IMG/VR virus record: IMGVR_UViG_3300010384_000005
Length of the DNA stretch: 64,000 nt
Strand: one strand, 5' to 3'
Origin: a virus
This document shows, piece by piece, positions 26,546-37,118 of the stretch (its first letter is position 1; every line of letters begins with the position of its first letter). The notes under the pieces are model-generated. The model did not search any database, was not told the origin of the DNA, and saw only the letters and a list, made by a program, of their open reading frames with translations. The translations under genes were made by a program, and so were the position numbers.

Positions 26546-26983
26546 ATGACAACTCTCTGGTCTCCAGCGACTGGCGACGTAAACTTTCCCGGCCTTACGC
26601 CAACCGCAATCAACAATACGCCGATTGGAGCGACAACTCAGTCTACCGGTGGATTTTCCACACTGACTGTGGATTCTGGCACAAAGACAGCCACGGCTAC
26701 GGCTGGCGCCGCCACCCTGAACAAGGGCTCCGGCATCGTCACGTCGGAAGCACTTTCGACTGCAGCAGGCGCAACCTATACGCTGACGATCACCAATAGC
26801 ACGATCGTTGCCAGCGATCTGGTGTTCGCCTCTGTCCAGCTTGGCACCGCCACCACTGGTACGCCCACGGTCACGACAGCCACGGCCGGCAACGGTACAA
26901 TCACGATTGTCGTTCAGAACATCCACGCCTCGGCTGCGCTGAACGGAACGATCAAAATCAGCTTCATGTCGCTGGCCCTCTAA
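26546..26983 (+). CDS. Virion structural protein (T/G/A-rich beta protein)
   Basis: GGAGG RBS, ATLNKGSG.VTSEAL motif, within the neck cluster. Confidence 0.72.
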   Translation: MTTLWSPATGDVNFPGLTPTAINNTPIGATTQSTGGFSTLTVDSGTKTATATAGAATLNKGSGIVTSEALSTAAGATYTLTITNSTIVASDLVFASVQLGTATTGTPTVTTATAGNGTITIVVQNIHASAALNGTIKISFMSLAL

Positions 26984-27360
26984 TGAACCTGCACGGCGTC
27001 GTCGCGCCTATCATTGGGGCAGTAAATCCGAATGTGCCCTGCTCAATGCAGGTCAGCACTGGCTATATAACGAACGACGATGGCACGCAGATCCCGACCT
27101 ACAACACCGTGACGGGAACGGCACAGGTTCAGGCCCTGACGTTCAAGGATCTGAACCAAGTCGATGGCATCAATAAGAATGGCGCGGCCCGTGGGATCTA
27201 TTTCTACGGTGATATTGTCGGCGTCCTCCGAACCAGAACAAAGGGCGGAGACATCATCACGCTTTCGGACGGCGCCAACATCGGCAACTGGCTTGTCGTT
27301 CAACCACTGGAAACGTGGGCTGTCGGCTGGTGCAAGTGCGCCTGCGTCCTGCAAAACTGA
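26983..27360 (+). CDS. Head-closure/adaptor-like protein
   Basis: MNLHGVVAPII..VNP...QVQAL...GGD.....W.V....E.W..W pattern. Confidence 0.78.
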   Translation: MNLHGVVAPIIGAVNPNVPCSMQVSTGYITNDDGTQIPTYNTVTGTAQVQALTFKDLNQVDGINKNGAARGIYFYGDIVGVLRTRTKGGDIITLSDGANIGNWLVVQPLETWAVGWCKCACVLQN

Positions 27361-27369
27361 GGATTCCCA

Positions 27370-27657
27370 ATGATTGATCAACGGTTTGTCCCGGTTGGAT
27401 ATCAGCAGATAACCAGCCTCACTTCAGCCGTCTCGCTGACCGTACCCAATGGTGGGGCTGATGTCGCAATCATTGCCGCAGATACTGCTGCCGTGCGTTG
27501 GCGTGACGATGGAACGGCACCGACTGCATCGATTGGTATGCCGCTCTCAAACACCGGAGCCGCACTGGAATATTCGGGTTCGCTTTCGAAAATCCAGTTC
27601 ATTGCTCAGACCGGTGCGCCTGTCCTCAATATCTCGTACTACAAGATTGTTGGCTAA
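27370..27657 (+). CDS. Hypothetical structural protein
   Basis: GYQQITSL...VRWRDDGTAPTASIGMPL motif, coupled in the late operon. Confidence 0.72.
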   Translation: MIDQRFVPVGYQQITSLTSAVSLTVPNGGADVAIIAADTAAVRWRDDGTAPTASIGMPLSNTGAALEYSGSLSKIQFIAQTGAPVLNISYYKIVG

Positions 27658-28593
27658 ATGGGCTTCGCTCCGTCGCCTACGCAGTCGAACATTCTGACTG
27701 TGCTGCGATCCTTCCTGCTCGGTATCTTGCCGAGCGGAAACGCAAAGTTCACTGGTTCGATTGCTGGCAATACCCTGACCGTCACGGCGGTAACGGCGGG
27801 AGCAATCAGTTTCGGTGATGCCATCCTCGGTGAGGGCGTTTCCCCAGGCACGATAGTCACGGCGTTCGGGTCTGGATCAGGGGGCCTGGGGACATATACA
27901 CTCAGCGCCTCACAGACGCTGGCCAGCACGAAAATGTATACGGGAGTTGAAGTGATCGCGGCGCAGACAAACCGCGTTCCTGAGCCCTCTGTACCCGATT
28001 TCGTGACCATGACGCCAATCATGCAGACCCGTTTGGAAACGAACGTGGATACCTATGAGGATGTCTCGTTTACAGCCTCCATCGCTGGAACTGTCATGAC
28101 GGTTACCGCCGTAGCCTTTGGAACGATTGCGGTAGGGCAGATGGTATTCGGAGTCGGGTTGGCAAGCCCTACGAAGATCATTGCTTTCGGAACAGGCACG
28201 GGTGGGATCGGGACATACACCGTCACGCCCTCTCAAACCGTGACATCGGAAAAGATGGCCTCAGGCGGAGAAATCTTCCTCCAGGCCACAAAGGTCACCG
28301 TCCAATTGGATGTTCACGGCCCGAACAGTGCCGAGAATGCACAGACGATATCAACGCTATTCCGCGATGAATATGCGGTTCGGGCGTTCGCTGCCAAGGG
28401 CTTCGATGTCACGCCGCTGTTTGTGAGTGATCCCCGGCAGTTGCCATTTGAGAATGAGAACGCCCAAGTCGAAAACCGCTGGGTGATCGATGCTGTTATG
28501 CAGGCGAACCAAGTGATCAGGGCGCCGCAGGAATTCGCAGACCAACTCGACATCACCTTGATCGAGGTCGATGCGGCATATCCAGCCGCCTAA
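27658..28593 (+). CDS. Tail terminator-like protein with two inserted beta modules
   Basis: VI.AQ.NRVPEP...F..MTP and VQLDVHGP...A....TLFRD core just upstream of the sheath. Two [12 protein letters not shown] modules. Confidence 0.78.
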   Translation: MGFAPSPTQSNILTVLRSFLLGILPSGNAKFTGSIAGNTLTVTAVTAGAISFGDAILGEGVSPGTIVTAFGSGSGGLGTYTLSASQTLASTKMYTGVEVIAAQTNRVPEPSVPDFVTMTPIMQTRLETNVDTYEDVSFTASIAGTVMTVTAVAFGTIAVGQMVFGVGLASPTKIIAFGTGTGGIGTYTVTPSQTVTSEKMASGGEIFLQATKVTVQLDVHGPNSAENAQTISTLFRDEYAVRAFAAKGFDVTPLFVSDPRQLPFENENAQVENRWVIDAVMQANQVIRAPQEFADQLDITLIEVDAAYPAA

Positions 28594-28627
28594 TCCATCC
28601 ACAATCAGATCGAAAGGAAAACGGGCG

Positions 28628-30589
28628 ATGACGTCGATCCCGGCCTCACAAATCGTGCGCGTCAATCCGAACGTGCTCAATGCCGGCGGCAGTGGGCTCG
28701 TTCTTAACGGCCTGATGCTGACCCAGAATACGCAGGTGCCGACCGGAACGGTTTTGTCGTTTCCGAACGACGGCGTTTCTGTCTCCAACTATTTCGGGCC
28801 ATCGGCGCTGGAGACCGCGATTGCGGCCATCTATTTCAACGGCTTCAACACATCCACGCAGAAGCCCGGTGAAATCCTGTTTGCGCAGTATAATTCCGCA
28901 TCTGTGGCGGCTTATCTGCGTGGCGGCCCGGTCAATCAGTTGACGATCCCGCAGCTTCAGGGTCTTTCTGGTTCGCTGTCCATTGTCATGGATGGCTACA
29001 CCTATTCTGCCGCCAGCATCAATCTTTCTGGCGCCACGAGCTATTCTGCCGCTGCCACGCTCATTCAGACGGGCCTCAATACGGCCCTTCCGTCTGCCGC
29101 AAGCGTGACGGGTTCGATCGCCGCAGGCACCGCATCTGTGACCGCCTCCATCGCTGGCAATACCATGTATGTGACGGCCGTCAGCTCTGGTACACTGGTT
29201 GTGGGCGCGGTTCTGACTGGTACGGGTGTGACCGCAGGCACTCAGATCGATGCGCAGATTTCCGGCACGCCTGGTGGCATCGGTGAATATGCGGTATCGA
29301 AGACGCAGGTCATTGCGAGCGAAACTATTACCGCTTCCTATGGCACCTTGACCGTGACAGCCGTTTCGTCTGGCACCCTGTCTGTCGGTCAAACCATCAC
29401 TGGCGGCACCACGCTTGCCAATACCAACATTACCGCCCTTGGTACGGGCACGGGCCTTACTGGCACCTATATCGTCAATCTGACGCAGACCGTCTCCAGC
29501 GGATCACTGACGGCCACCGGATCTGCCCTCGCGGTATCCTTTGACTCTGTCTCTGGCGGCTTCGTCATCAAGTCCGGCTCGCGTGGCAATCAGTCCACCG
29601 TTGCTTATGCAACCGGTACTCTTGCCGCCCCGATCTTCGTGACACAGGTAACCGGTGCAGTTCTTTCTCAGGGTGCCACAGCGACCAGCCCTTCTGCGTT
29701 CATGACCTCCATCACGAACCTTACCCAGAATTGGGCAACGTTCATGACGCTCTTTGATCCAGACAATGGTTCGGGCTGCGTTCAGAAGCTGGAATTCGCT
29801 GTTTGGACCAACAATCAGAACAAGCGTTGGGCCTACATCGCGTGGGATACCGATGTCACCCCGACGGCAAGCAACAATGCCACGACGAGCTTCGGCAACA
29901 TCGTGCAGGCAGCGAACTATGATGGCATCGCCCCGATCTATCAGCCGCTCAACGCCTCTACGCCGGCCGTCGATATCGCGGCTTTTGTCTGTGGCATCGC
30001 GGCCTCAATTGACTTCACGGCATTGAACGGGCGCATCACCTTTGCCTTCCGCGGCCAGGATGGCCTTATCGCTGGCGTCACCGATGCCACGACGGCCAAT
30101 AACCTGACGGCTAATGGCTACAACTTCTATGGTGCATACGCGACGGCTAATCAGCAGTTCGTGGAATTCCAAACCGGTCTCGTCTCAGGTGAGTTCCAGT
30201 GGCTGGACAGTTATGTCAACCAGATTTGGTTGAATAATGCTCTTCAGCTCGCCCTTATGGAGCTTCTGCAGAACGTCAATTCCATTCCCTACAATAATCA
30301 AGGGTATGGACTGATGCGGGCCGCATGCCTTGATCCCATCCAGGCAGCTTTGAACGCTGGCGTCATCCGAGCCGGCGTTACGCTCTCCAATCTTCAGAGA
30401 GCGCAGGTCCGCAACGCTACTGGAACCGATACCGCTTGGCAGGTCATTCAGCAGCAGGGTTGGTATCTCCAGATCGTTGATGCTGCTCCGCAGGTCAGGC
30501 AGGCCCGTCAGTCGCCTCCGAGCACCTTCTATTATACAGATGGTCAATCGGTGCAAACCATTGTTTTGAATAGCATTTTGGTCCAGTAA
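28628..30589 (+). CDS. Tail sheath protein (DUF3383)
   Basis: [54 protein letters not shown]. Confidence 0.9.
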   Translation: MTSIPASQIVRVNPNVLNAGGSGLVLNGLMLTQNTQVPTGTVLSFPNDGVSVSNYFGPSALETAIAAIYFNGFNTSTQKPGEILFAQYNSASVAAYLRGGPVNQLTIPQLQGLSGSLSIVMDGYTYSAASINLSGATSYSAAATLIQTGLNTALPSAASVTGSIAAGTASVTASIAGNTMYVTAVSSGTLVVGAVLTGTGVTAGTQIDAQISGTPGGIGEYAVSKTQVIASETITASYGTLTVTAVSSGTLSVGQTITGGTTLANTNITALGTGTGLTGTYIVNLTQTVSSGSLTATGSALAVSFDSVSGGFVIKSGSRGNQSTVAYATGTLAAPIFVTQVTGAVLSQGATATSPSAFMTSITNLTQNWATFMTLFDPDNGSGCVQKLEFAVWTNNQNKRWAYIAWDTDVTPTASNNATTSFGNIVQAANYDGIAPIYQPLNASTPAVDIAAFVCGIAASIDFTALNGRITFAFRGQDGLIAGVTDATTANNLTANGYNFYGAYATANQQFVEFQTGLVSGEFQWLDSYVNQIWLNNALQLALMELLQNVNSIPYNNQGYGLMRAACLDPIQAALNAGVIRAGVTLSNLQRAQVRNATGTDTAWQVIQQQGWYLQIVDAAPQVRQARQSPPSTFYYTDGQSVQTIVLNSILVQ

Positions 30590-30605
30590 AGGATATAATT
30601 CGAGG

Positions 30606-31340
30606 ATGAAAAAGGTTCTCGAATGTGTGGATTGCAAGGCATCATTTGGCCATGAAAAGATAGGAGGGCAACCAATTCGATGCCCATCCTGCCGACTCGA
30701 AAATAAGCGTCGCCTTGGGCGAGAAACAGCAAGGCGACGCCGAGAATCAGATCCAGAAAAAGATAGAGCCACCCAGAAGCGCTATCGTGATCGAAACAAA
30801 GACAAACAAACAAAAAGAAATAAAGATTTTTATGCCGCGAATAAGGAGCGTGAAAAGAAGCGGGCTCAAAAATGGCGGATGGCAAATGCTGACCAATGCA
30901 AAGAGGTCGCAGCCAAATGGCGTAAAGATAACGCAGAGCGTTTTAAGGCAATGCAGGACGCATGGGCTGAAGAAAATGCCGAACATCTGAAGCAATATCG
31001 CCGCGAACAATATCTCCTCAATCGAGAAGAGGAACTGGCCAAAGCGAAGGAATGGAAGGCTGCGAATACAGACCTATGTGCAGCTCTTTTCATGAAGCGA
31101 AAAGCCGCAAAATTGCAAGCTACGCCACCTTGGGCGGATGAAAAGGCAATTAGGGCGATTTATGCCGAGGCGCGTCGGCTCACAATGGAAACCGGCATCA
31201 AGCATCATGTCGATCATATTTACCCGCTCCAATCTGATTGGGTGTGTGGACTGCATATCGAGACAAATCTGCAAATTCTGACCGCATCGGAAAATCATTC
31301 GAAGTCGAACCGGCGGCATCCAGATTATCATCCCAATTGA
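30606..31340 (+). CDS. HNH endonuclease inserted in the tail operon
   Basis: CxxC...CxxC, long basic helix, ATPPWAD, HHVDHIYPL...VCGLHIETNLQILTASENHSKSN. Confidence 0.85.
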   Translation: MKKVLECVDCKASFGHEKIGGQPIRCPSCRLENKRRLGRETARRRRESDPEKDRATQKRYRDRNKDKQTKRNKDFYAANKEREKKRAQKWRMANADQCKEVAAKWRKDNAERFKAMQDAWAEENAEHLKQYRREQYLLNREEELAKAKEWKAANTDLCAALFMKRKAAKLQATPPWADEKAIRAIYAEARRLTMETGIKHHVDHIYPLQSDWVCGLHIETNLQILTASENHSKSNRRHPDYHPN

Positions 31341-31350
31341 GGAGCCTACA

Positions 31351-31782
31351 ATGGCAAGTCTAACTTCAGCGAATGCGGTCATCACGCTCAGGATTCCGGG
31401 GCTTTTCAATACCCCGGTCACCCTGCAGGGGTTCATGACCGACAATATCTATGACACCCCAACGGTCGAAGTGAACCAGACCGCCATGGGCGTTGATGGC
31501 AAGTTGTCTGCTGGCTTCGTCTTTAACCCGATCGATCAGACCTTCTACATCCAGGCCGATTCCTCATCCGGTGACATCTTCGACACGTGGTGGGGGAACA
31601 TGATCACACAACGCGACACGTTCCGTTGCTTCGGAGAAACCACCCTCCCAGCCTTGGGCACCACTTATACCTCCAACAATGGTGCTCTGATCAGTTGGCC
31701 GCCGATCCCGACCGCTGGGAAGATCCTGCAGGGTCGGCAAGCGCTGATCCGCTGGGAAAGCATCGTTCCGAATCCACTTTGA
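31351..31782 (+). CDS. Tail tube protein
   Basis: GAGGAG RBS. SLTSANAVI...LQGF..D...MGVDGKLSAG motif downstream of the sheath. Confidence 0.85.
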   Translation: MASLTSANAVITLRIPGLFNTPVTLQGFMTDNIYDTPTVEVNQTAMGVDGKLSAGFVFNPIDQTFYIQADSSSGDIFDTWWGNMITQRDTFRCFGETTLPALGTTYTSNNGALISWPPIPTAGKILQGRQALIRWESIVPNPL

Positions 31783-31792
31783 GGCTTAGCTT

Positions 31793-32299
31793 ATGGCTCG
31801 CAAAGAGATTGACGTGTCGATCACTGACGAGGGGCGTGATCAAGGCAAGGTGTTTCATATCAAGGAAATGCCGGCCATGCAGGCTGAACAGTGGGCGATG
31901 CGTGCGCTTATGGCCGTGGCCCGTTCTGGTGTTGATATCGGTCAGGCGGCTTCCGGTGGCATGCAGGCACTGGCCTATCTGGGTATCGAGGCAATCACGA
32001 AGGTTCACTTCGAGGATGTCAAGCCGCTCTTGGATGAGATGCTGGATTGCGTCTCAGTCAAGCCGAACCTCAAGAATCTGGCTATCGTCAGGCCTCTGAT
32101 GGATGAGGATATCGAAGAAGTCCAAACCCTCCTGCAGCTTCGCAAGGAGGTGCTGAATCTCCATCTGGGTTTTTCGAATCCCGCCGACCAGTCGAAGTCA
32201 ACCTTGGGCACATCGGCGTCGAACTCCTCGAATACCCCAATCTCCCAAGATCCATCGGTACGGTTCTCTCGATCTCGCCCAGCAAAACCACAGCGCTAA
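31793..32299 (+). CDS. Tail assembly chaperone (gpG-like)
   Basis: GRDQGKVFHIKEMPAMQAEQWAMRAL...DIEEV.TL..LRKEV..LH.GF. Directly upstream of the tape measure. Confidence 0.8.
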   Translation: MARKEIDVSITDEGRDQGKVFHIKEMPAMQAEQWAMRALMAVARSGVDIGQAASGGMQALAYLGIEAITKVHFEDVKPLLDEMLDCVSVKPNLKNLAIVRPLMDEDIEEVQTLLQLRKEVLNLHLGFSNPADQSKSTLGTSASNSSNTPISQDPSVRFSRSRPAKPQR

Positions 32300-32415
32300 G
32301 GGATTTGAACGAGTTCCTTTCTGTCGAAGATGTTTATGACATCATCGAAGTGTCCAAGATCGACGGGCACAACACTCGCCTGATCAATGAACACAATAGA
32401 AATAAAGGAGGCTGA
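32167..32415 (+). CDS. -1 frameshift extension of the tail chaperone (gpGT-like)
   Basis: Slippery heptamer G GGT TTT at 32167-32173 in the correct phase. The -1 frame stays open to TGA at 32413-32415 and reads ...LEYPNLPRSIGTV...LRDLNEFLSVEDVYDIIEVSKIDGHN... Confidence 0.75.
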   Translation, partial: GFFESRRPVEVNLGHIGVELLEYPNLPRSIGTVLSISPSKTTALRDLNEFLSVEDVYDIIEVSKIDGHNTRLINEHNRNKGG

Positions 32416-32418
32416 TCG

Positions 32419-34671
32419 TTGGGGACCATAATCGATAGCCTCATCGTTGCGCTAAAATTAGACCCTTCTGAATATAAGAAGGGTTCGAAAGAGGTCGCTG
32501 ACACCTCGAAAAAGACCACCGAGCAAGTCGTCAAGGGCGGCAAGTCCATTGAGGAGTCGAGCAAAAAGGCTGCCGACTCCATCAGCAAGGTCACACGTGA
32601 AGTCCTCGGGCTTTACGCCGTCTTTGTTGGTGCCCGCGGGATCAAGGAGTTCATCGGTGATCTTATAGGGGCCGACGCTGCCCTTGGCCGGTTCTCGCGT
32701 AATCTCAACACCTCTCCACAAACGCTCTATGCATGGGGCGCAGCTGCCGAGCGGGTAGGCGGCTCGAACGAAGCCACAGCGGCAACGTTCGAGCGCATCG
32801 GCAAGGCGCTTTTCGATTTGCACCGCAACGGGCAGGCCCTTCCGAAGGAATATGCCCAGCTTCAAGCCCTTACGGGCATGAACATCGACCGTGATCACGG
32901 TGTCGACAAGTTCCTTCAAGATACCGCTGCTGCGCTACAGCGGCTCAACCAGATAGATCCGTCGCAGGTTCATTTCATCGCCCAGGGCATGGGCATCGAT
33001 GATGGAACCGCGAACGTCATGATCAAATACGGTTCAGCCATTGGAGCCTATATTGATCAGTTGAAGAAACTCGCGCCGCAGAACGAAGCCATCAAGGCGG
33101 CACAAGAGCTTCAGGACAAGTGGGCGACACTTCAGCAGACCGCCGTCAATCTCGCTAATACCATTCTCGATAAACTTGGCCCTCAGATCGCCGATCTTCT
33201 CACGAAGATGACGGATTGGATCTCCAAGAATGGAGATTGGATCAACTCTGGCATTGTAAAAGCCGTTGGCGAGTTCGCCGATTATCTGAAGTCCATCGAC
33301 TGGAATGCGGTCGGGCAGGGCTTGAAGGAATTTGGCAATGACGCAAAGGCTGTGGCTGATGCGCTAGGAGGGGTAGTTCGAGCAACTGAAATCCTGATTG
33401 GTCTTTGGGCTGGCGGCAAAGCTCTTGGGATGATCGGGAGCCTTCGCAATATCATTGGCGGCGGCAGTGCATCTGCGGCGTCTGCAGGCGCAAGCAGTGG
33501 CCTGATGGCGTTCCTCGGCAAAGCTGGAATTGTGGCAGCTGGCATCGGAACTGCCATCTGGGGAGCCGAAAAATATAAGGAAAGGCATGCAGCGGGCCAA
33601 ATCGAAACCCAAGAGCAGCAAGATCGGATCGATAAATTCAATCAATGGCGTTCTGGTCATAAAGGGGCGTTCTCTTCTTGGCTGGACTCACTATTTGGCG
33701 GGAACAAAGATGCCAGCGGCCATGCTGATGCTTTGCAGAATAATCCGGCTTTGGGAGCTGCGGTTCTCGGCAACGGTAGGGATGGCGCACTAGATTCGTT
33801 CCTTGGCGGTACGGTAGATGGTCGTCCAATCTCTAAATCTAATCCTGTTCCGGTAGTCGCCGCTGATCAGCAGAGCGGTGGCGGGTTCTGGAGCAAGCTT
33901 GGAAGCGCCATCGGCAGTTTCTTTGGTGGTGGTGCTACTTCCGGAGCAGCATCGGCGGGTTCTTCAGATAATAGTAGCGGGCCAGTACAAGCGATTGGCC
34001 CATCTGCCGGCGAGAGAGGCTGGTGGACAAAAGATCGTCAAAAACATGCCTTTGACCGGCTTACTAAAGAAGCTGGATTAAGCCCACAGGGAGCGAAAGC
34101 ACTTATTTCTCGCTGGATGAATGTTGAAGCATCTGGCGGCCCGGGCGAAGTTAATTCGATCGGCGCTACTGGTATTGCCCAAATGCTCGGCCCTCGAAAG
34201 CGCCGCTTGCTCCAGATGGCGCAAGAGCGGGGTGTTCCCGTCAAAGATTATGATCTTCAACTCAGCCACATTATTGAAGAGCTTAACGGTTCCGAGGCAA
34301 GGGCGGCACAACGGTTGCGGAGCGCCAAGACGGCTGAGGAAGGCGCGATTGGTGCAAGTATGTTTGAACGGGCTGAGGGATATAATTCCCTGACGGGTCG
34401 GGATAACTTCACCGGGCGCACATTGGGTGGCATGCGTGGAATGGATAAATTCGTTGGGGATACTCTTGCTGGAGCTGCCCTAAGTTCCCGCCTGTCGACC
34501 ATTTCCAATGATAACCGTTCATCCACATCTACAACATCGCATCAATTCAGCGTTGGGCAGATCAACGTCAACGCTCCCAACGCGACGGATGCTCAGGGTA
34601 TCGCGAGCAAGGTCACGGATGCGATGGTTAGATCTACGGCTGCAGCAACGGCAAATTATGGACCACGATAA
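32419..34671 (+). CDS. Tape measure protein with C-terminal tail-lysozyme domain
   Basis: TIIDSLIVALKLD start and a helical A/G-rich body. C-terminal GLSPQGAKALIS...E.......GATGIAQ...R...QL..IIEEL...FER resembles Phage_lysozyme2. Confidence 0.88.
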   Translation: MGTIIDSLIVALKLDPSEYKKGSKEVADTSKKTTEQVVKGGKSIEESSKKAADSISKVTREVLGLYAVFVGARGIKEFIGDLIGADAALGRFSRNLNTSPQTLYAWGAAAERVGGSNEATAATFERIGKALFDLHRNGQALPKEYAQLQALTGMNIDRDHGVDKFLQDTAAALQRLNQIDPSQVHFIAQGMGIDDGTANVMIKYGSAIGAYIDQLKKLAPQNEAIKAAQELQDKWATLQQTAVNLANTILDKLGPQIADLLTKMTDWISKNGDWINSGIVKAVGEFADYLKSIDWNAVGQGLKEFGNDAKAVADALGGVVRATEILIGLWAGGKALGMIGSLRNIIGGGSASAASAGASSGLMAFLGKAGIVAAGIGTAIWGAEKYKERHAAGQIETQEQQDRIDKFNQWRSGHKGAFSSWLDSLFGGNKDASGHADALQNNPALGAAVLGNGRDGALDSFLGGTVDGRPISKSNPVPVVAADQQSGGGFWSKLGSAIGSFFGGGATSGAASAGSSDNSSGPVQAIGPSAGERGWWTKDRQKHAFDRLTKEAGLSPQGAKALISRWMNVEASGGPGEVNSIGATGIAQMLGPRKRRLLQMAQERGVPVKDYDLQLSHIIEELNGSEARAAQRLRSAKTAEEGAIGASMFERAEGYNSLTGRDNFTGRTLGGMRGMDKFVGDTLAGAALSSRLSTISNDNRSSTSTTSHQFSVGQINVNAPNATDAQGIASKVTDAMVRSTAAATANYGPR

Positions 34672-35312
34672 TGGCATTCCCGGTAAACGTTCCCCGCGTG
34701 CCGGGAGTGCCGTCCGTTCTATTTGCGGCGGGCGCGGGACAAATCATCTCATTACTGACGCAGGACGCCGTCTCGCTCTTCAGCGGTGGTTCCCTACAGC
34801 AGCCATGGGGTATCTATCTGGGTGGCTCGCCAGTCGTCTTGGCTGACAACGTCGTCTCGTTCGATTTCAGACAGCAATATACGATCTCTGATTACCCCGT
34901 AGAGCAGGGGGCCTTTGCTTCCTACAATAAAGTGCAAATCCCGTTTGATGGCCGATTCCGGTTCTCCACGGGCGGATCTGATGATGATAAGTCCGCATTC
35001 GTCCAATCGATACGCGATATCATCGGTGACCTGAATCTCTATACAATCGTCACGCCGATCGCGATCTATTCGAGTGTAAACCTCACGCATTGGGATTACG
35101 GACAGACGGCTACCAATGGCGTAGGGTTGCTCACCATAGATGTCTGGACGGAGGAGGTGCGCGAAACAGGCGTGCAGGCGATGTCCAACACTCAGAGCCC
35201 TACTGCTGCCTCGCAGGTAAACGGTGGAACGGTTCAACCGGTTTCCGCTACCTCATTGCAGTCGGCCCAAACTGGCGCGATACGGTCCTCTGGCGGCCGA
35301 TTGGCGGGATAG
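34671..35312 (+). CDS. Baseplate/distal tail protein
   Basis: WGIY...ISDYPVEQGAFASYNKV motif, follows the tape measure. Confidence 0.8.
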   Translation: MAFPVNVPRVPGVPSVLFAAGAGQIISLLTQDAVSLFSGGSLQQPWGIYLGGSPVVLADNVVSFDFRQQYTISDYPVEQGAFASYNKVQIPFDGRFRFSTGGSDDDKSAFVQSIRDIIGDLNLYTIVTPIAIYSSVNLTHWDYGQTATNGVGLLTIDVWTEEVRETGVQAMSNTQSPTAASQVNGGTVQPVSATSLQSAQTGAIRSSGGRLAG

Positions 35313-35317
35313 CAAAC

Positions 35318-35620
35318 ATGTTGATTGTTCCGCTACAGGCCGTTCCAAATCAGACGGTTACCGTGACGCTCAATGATCAGGTCACGCAAATCAATGTCTA
35401 TCAGACCTATAATGGCCTGTTTATCGATATTTATTTGGAAAATGATCTCATCATAGGTGGCGTGATTTGTGAAAATCAAAATCGCATCATCAGGTCGGCC
35501 TATCTCGGTTATTCCGGTGATCTGGCATGGATCGATGTTCAGGGAGCAAGCGATCCGGATTATACTGGGATCGGAACGCGGTTCTTTCTGGCATATCTCA
35601 CGCCGGAAGAATTGGCTTAG
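35318..35620 (+). CDS. Baseplate protein (plug-like)
   Basis: IVPLQAVPNQT.TV.L...G...D..G..DP.Y.G.G.RF.L.Y. Confidence 0.8.
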   Translation: MLIVPLQAVPNQTVTVTLNDQVTQINVYQTYNGLFIDIYLENDLIIGGVICENQNRIIRSAYLGYSGDLAWIDVQGASDPDYTGIGTRFFLAYLTPEELA

Positions 35621-35624
35621 GCCA

Positions 35625-36239
35625 TCACTGATCCCAGTTGAAATCCATTGTGCCCATGTTGGTTTCAACTGAAACATTCAAAGGGTTGCATTCATAGGAG
35701 CCAACTGCGAAGCGCTCGCCATATGTCAAGTTTAATTGATTGTCCGGCGTCTCAGGCATAAGCAAGCGAGAAGTATATCTGCATTTCCCCTTGTTTACAG
35801 TTACCGACTTGACGGTGATACTATTTTCAAGGCTCGTTAAAATGACAGTCCAGTTGTCCATTGGTGAGAAGTTTGGGGACCCGATCGCGGATGGAATATT
35901 GTATTTATTAGCGACCAAACCATTTTCCGCGCCCATGTTCCAGTGAACATCGGTGTTCCCTCTAGGAGTATCAATAACGACTTCGATCGGGTCGCAATAA
36001 TACGTGCCGGCGTTAAAGGTCTGGCCGAATTTCAGGTTGATTGGCAGCGGAACCCCACCGCCATGCAAGCAGCCGCGATTCACATCGATATGATCGATTG
36101 TTAAATCATCGACTTTCGACGTGATTTGTAGATCGAAGTATCGGAAATCGCCGCTTACTGGTTGCTTGTTGGCGGCGAATGTATCTGCTTTTACGGGGAA
36201 AGCAGCAAGACATAAACTTGCGAATAAAAAAGCGCGCAT
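35625..36239 (-). CDS. Exported protein with two tandem Cys-containing beta domains (moron)
   Basis: Signal peptide MRAFLFASLCLAAFPVKA. Repeated VN(R/K)GxC...L.(F/Y)G..F..G.Y.C.P..V...T..G....W. Antisense to the late operon, GGAGG RBS. Confidence 0.75.
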   Translation of the reverse strand: MRAFLFASLCLAAFPVKADTFAANKQPVSGDFRYFDLQITSKVDDLTIDHIDVNRGCLHGGGVPLPINLKFGQTFNAGTYYCDPIEVVIDTPRGNTDVHWNMGAENGLVANKYNIPSAIGSPNFSPMDNWTVILTSLENSITVKSVTVNKGKCRYTSRLLMPETPDNQLNLTYGERFAVGSYECNPLNVSVETNMGTMDFNWDQ

Positions 36240-36293
36240 GACAGCCTCCAGGGGAGGCCATCATTATCCTGAATCGCGTAAAAGTCGATATGG

Positions 36294-36494
36294 CTATTCT
36301 TTCAGATAGGCATTCCCAATAAGCCAGTCTCGAAGGATGCGGCGGATGGCTTCTTGACGAGTGATGCCTTGATTTTCCGTCGCGAACTTATCGATCGCGC
36401 TCAGATCGGGCTCTTGAACACGAAGCACAATCCGATCGCTTTCTACGCTCGGACGGCCTCGTGATTTTTTGGGCACATTAATTGTTGACGACAT
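36294..36494 (-). CDS. CopG/ribbon-helix-helix regulator
   Basis: KKSRGRPS...IVLRVQEPDLSAIDKFA....ITRQEAIRRIL. Confidence 0.8.
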   Translation of the reverse strand: MSSTINVPKKSRGRPSVESDRIVLRVQEPDLSAIDKFATENQGITRQEAIRRILRDWLIGNAYLKE

Positions 36495-36585
36495 GAATAA
36501 AAGGTGACATAAAATAATCAGCCGCGCAAGATGCTACCAACATCTAACGCGGCCTAACCGAAACCGAACTTTACAGGAGTTCGAT

Positions 36586-36747
36586 ATGGCTAAATCATCT
36601 ATATCTCTTTCTTCGCTTTTCCGTAACCCTGCAGTTCGCGATGCTTTTGAGCGAGCTGAGCGCGATAATGGCGCGGCTTTCGTAATCTTGGCTCCGAAGT
36701 CCCCCACCTTAGGTGGTGGCGCGGCTCGGGTTCTGGAGGTTGCGTGA
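36586..36747 (+). CDS. Small hypothetical protein (53 aa), first gene of the cassette
   Basis: Manual translation MAKSSISLSSLFRNPAVRDAFERAERDNGAAFVILAPKSPTLGGGAARVLEVA, AGGAG RBS. Confidence 0.6.
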   Translation: MAKSSISLSSLFRNPAVRDAFERAERDNGAAFVILAPKSPTLGGGAARVLEVA

Positions 36748-37118
36748 TGGATCGGAGGACAATTCTCAAGCATTTGCCATTTGCTGCTGCTATTCTCGCC
36801 GCACCCGCTGTAGTATCAGCTAAAATGAGCGAAACTCCATTGGAGCGCGTCAATCGCCTTTCGGAGGAGCTTGCAATCGCACTGGACGACTACTGGGATG
36901 GAAAAGCCCACGCCACAGTGTTCCCAGCCTCATCTGGCTACGGCATCAAAATGTCCGTGACTCACGTGGAGGTTGACAAGTTCACTCGTCTTGAACGTCA
37001 TACCGAGGGTCTGAAAAAGGCATTCGCGGAAATCTATCCTGCGAAGAAACTGAACGTCTACAACCAGTTCAAATCGGATGGCGGGACCATTGTCTTCGTT
37101 ACGGCGGAGGAAGTCTGA
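36747..37118 (+). CDS. Hypothetical protein with a Tat-like leader
   Basis: MDRRTILKHLPFAAAILAAPAVVSA. TGATG coupling on both ends. Confidence 0.65.
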   Translation: MDRRTILKHLPFAAAILAAPAVVSAKMSETPLERVNRLSEELAIALDDYWDGKAHATVFPASSGYGIKMSVTHVEVDKFTRLERHTEGLKKAFAEIYPAKKLNVYNQFKSDGGTIVFVTAEEV

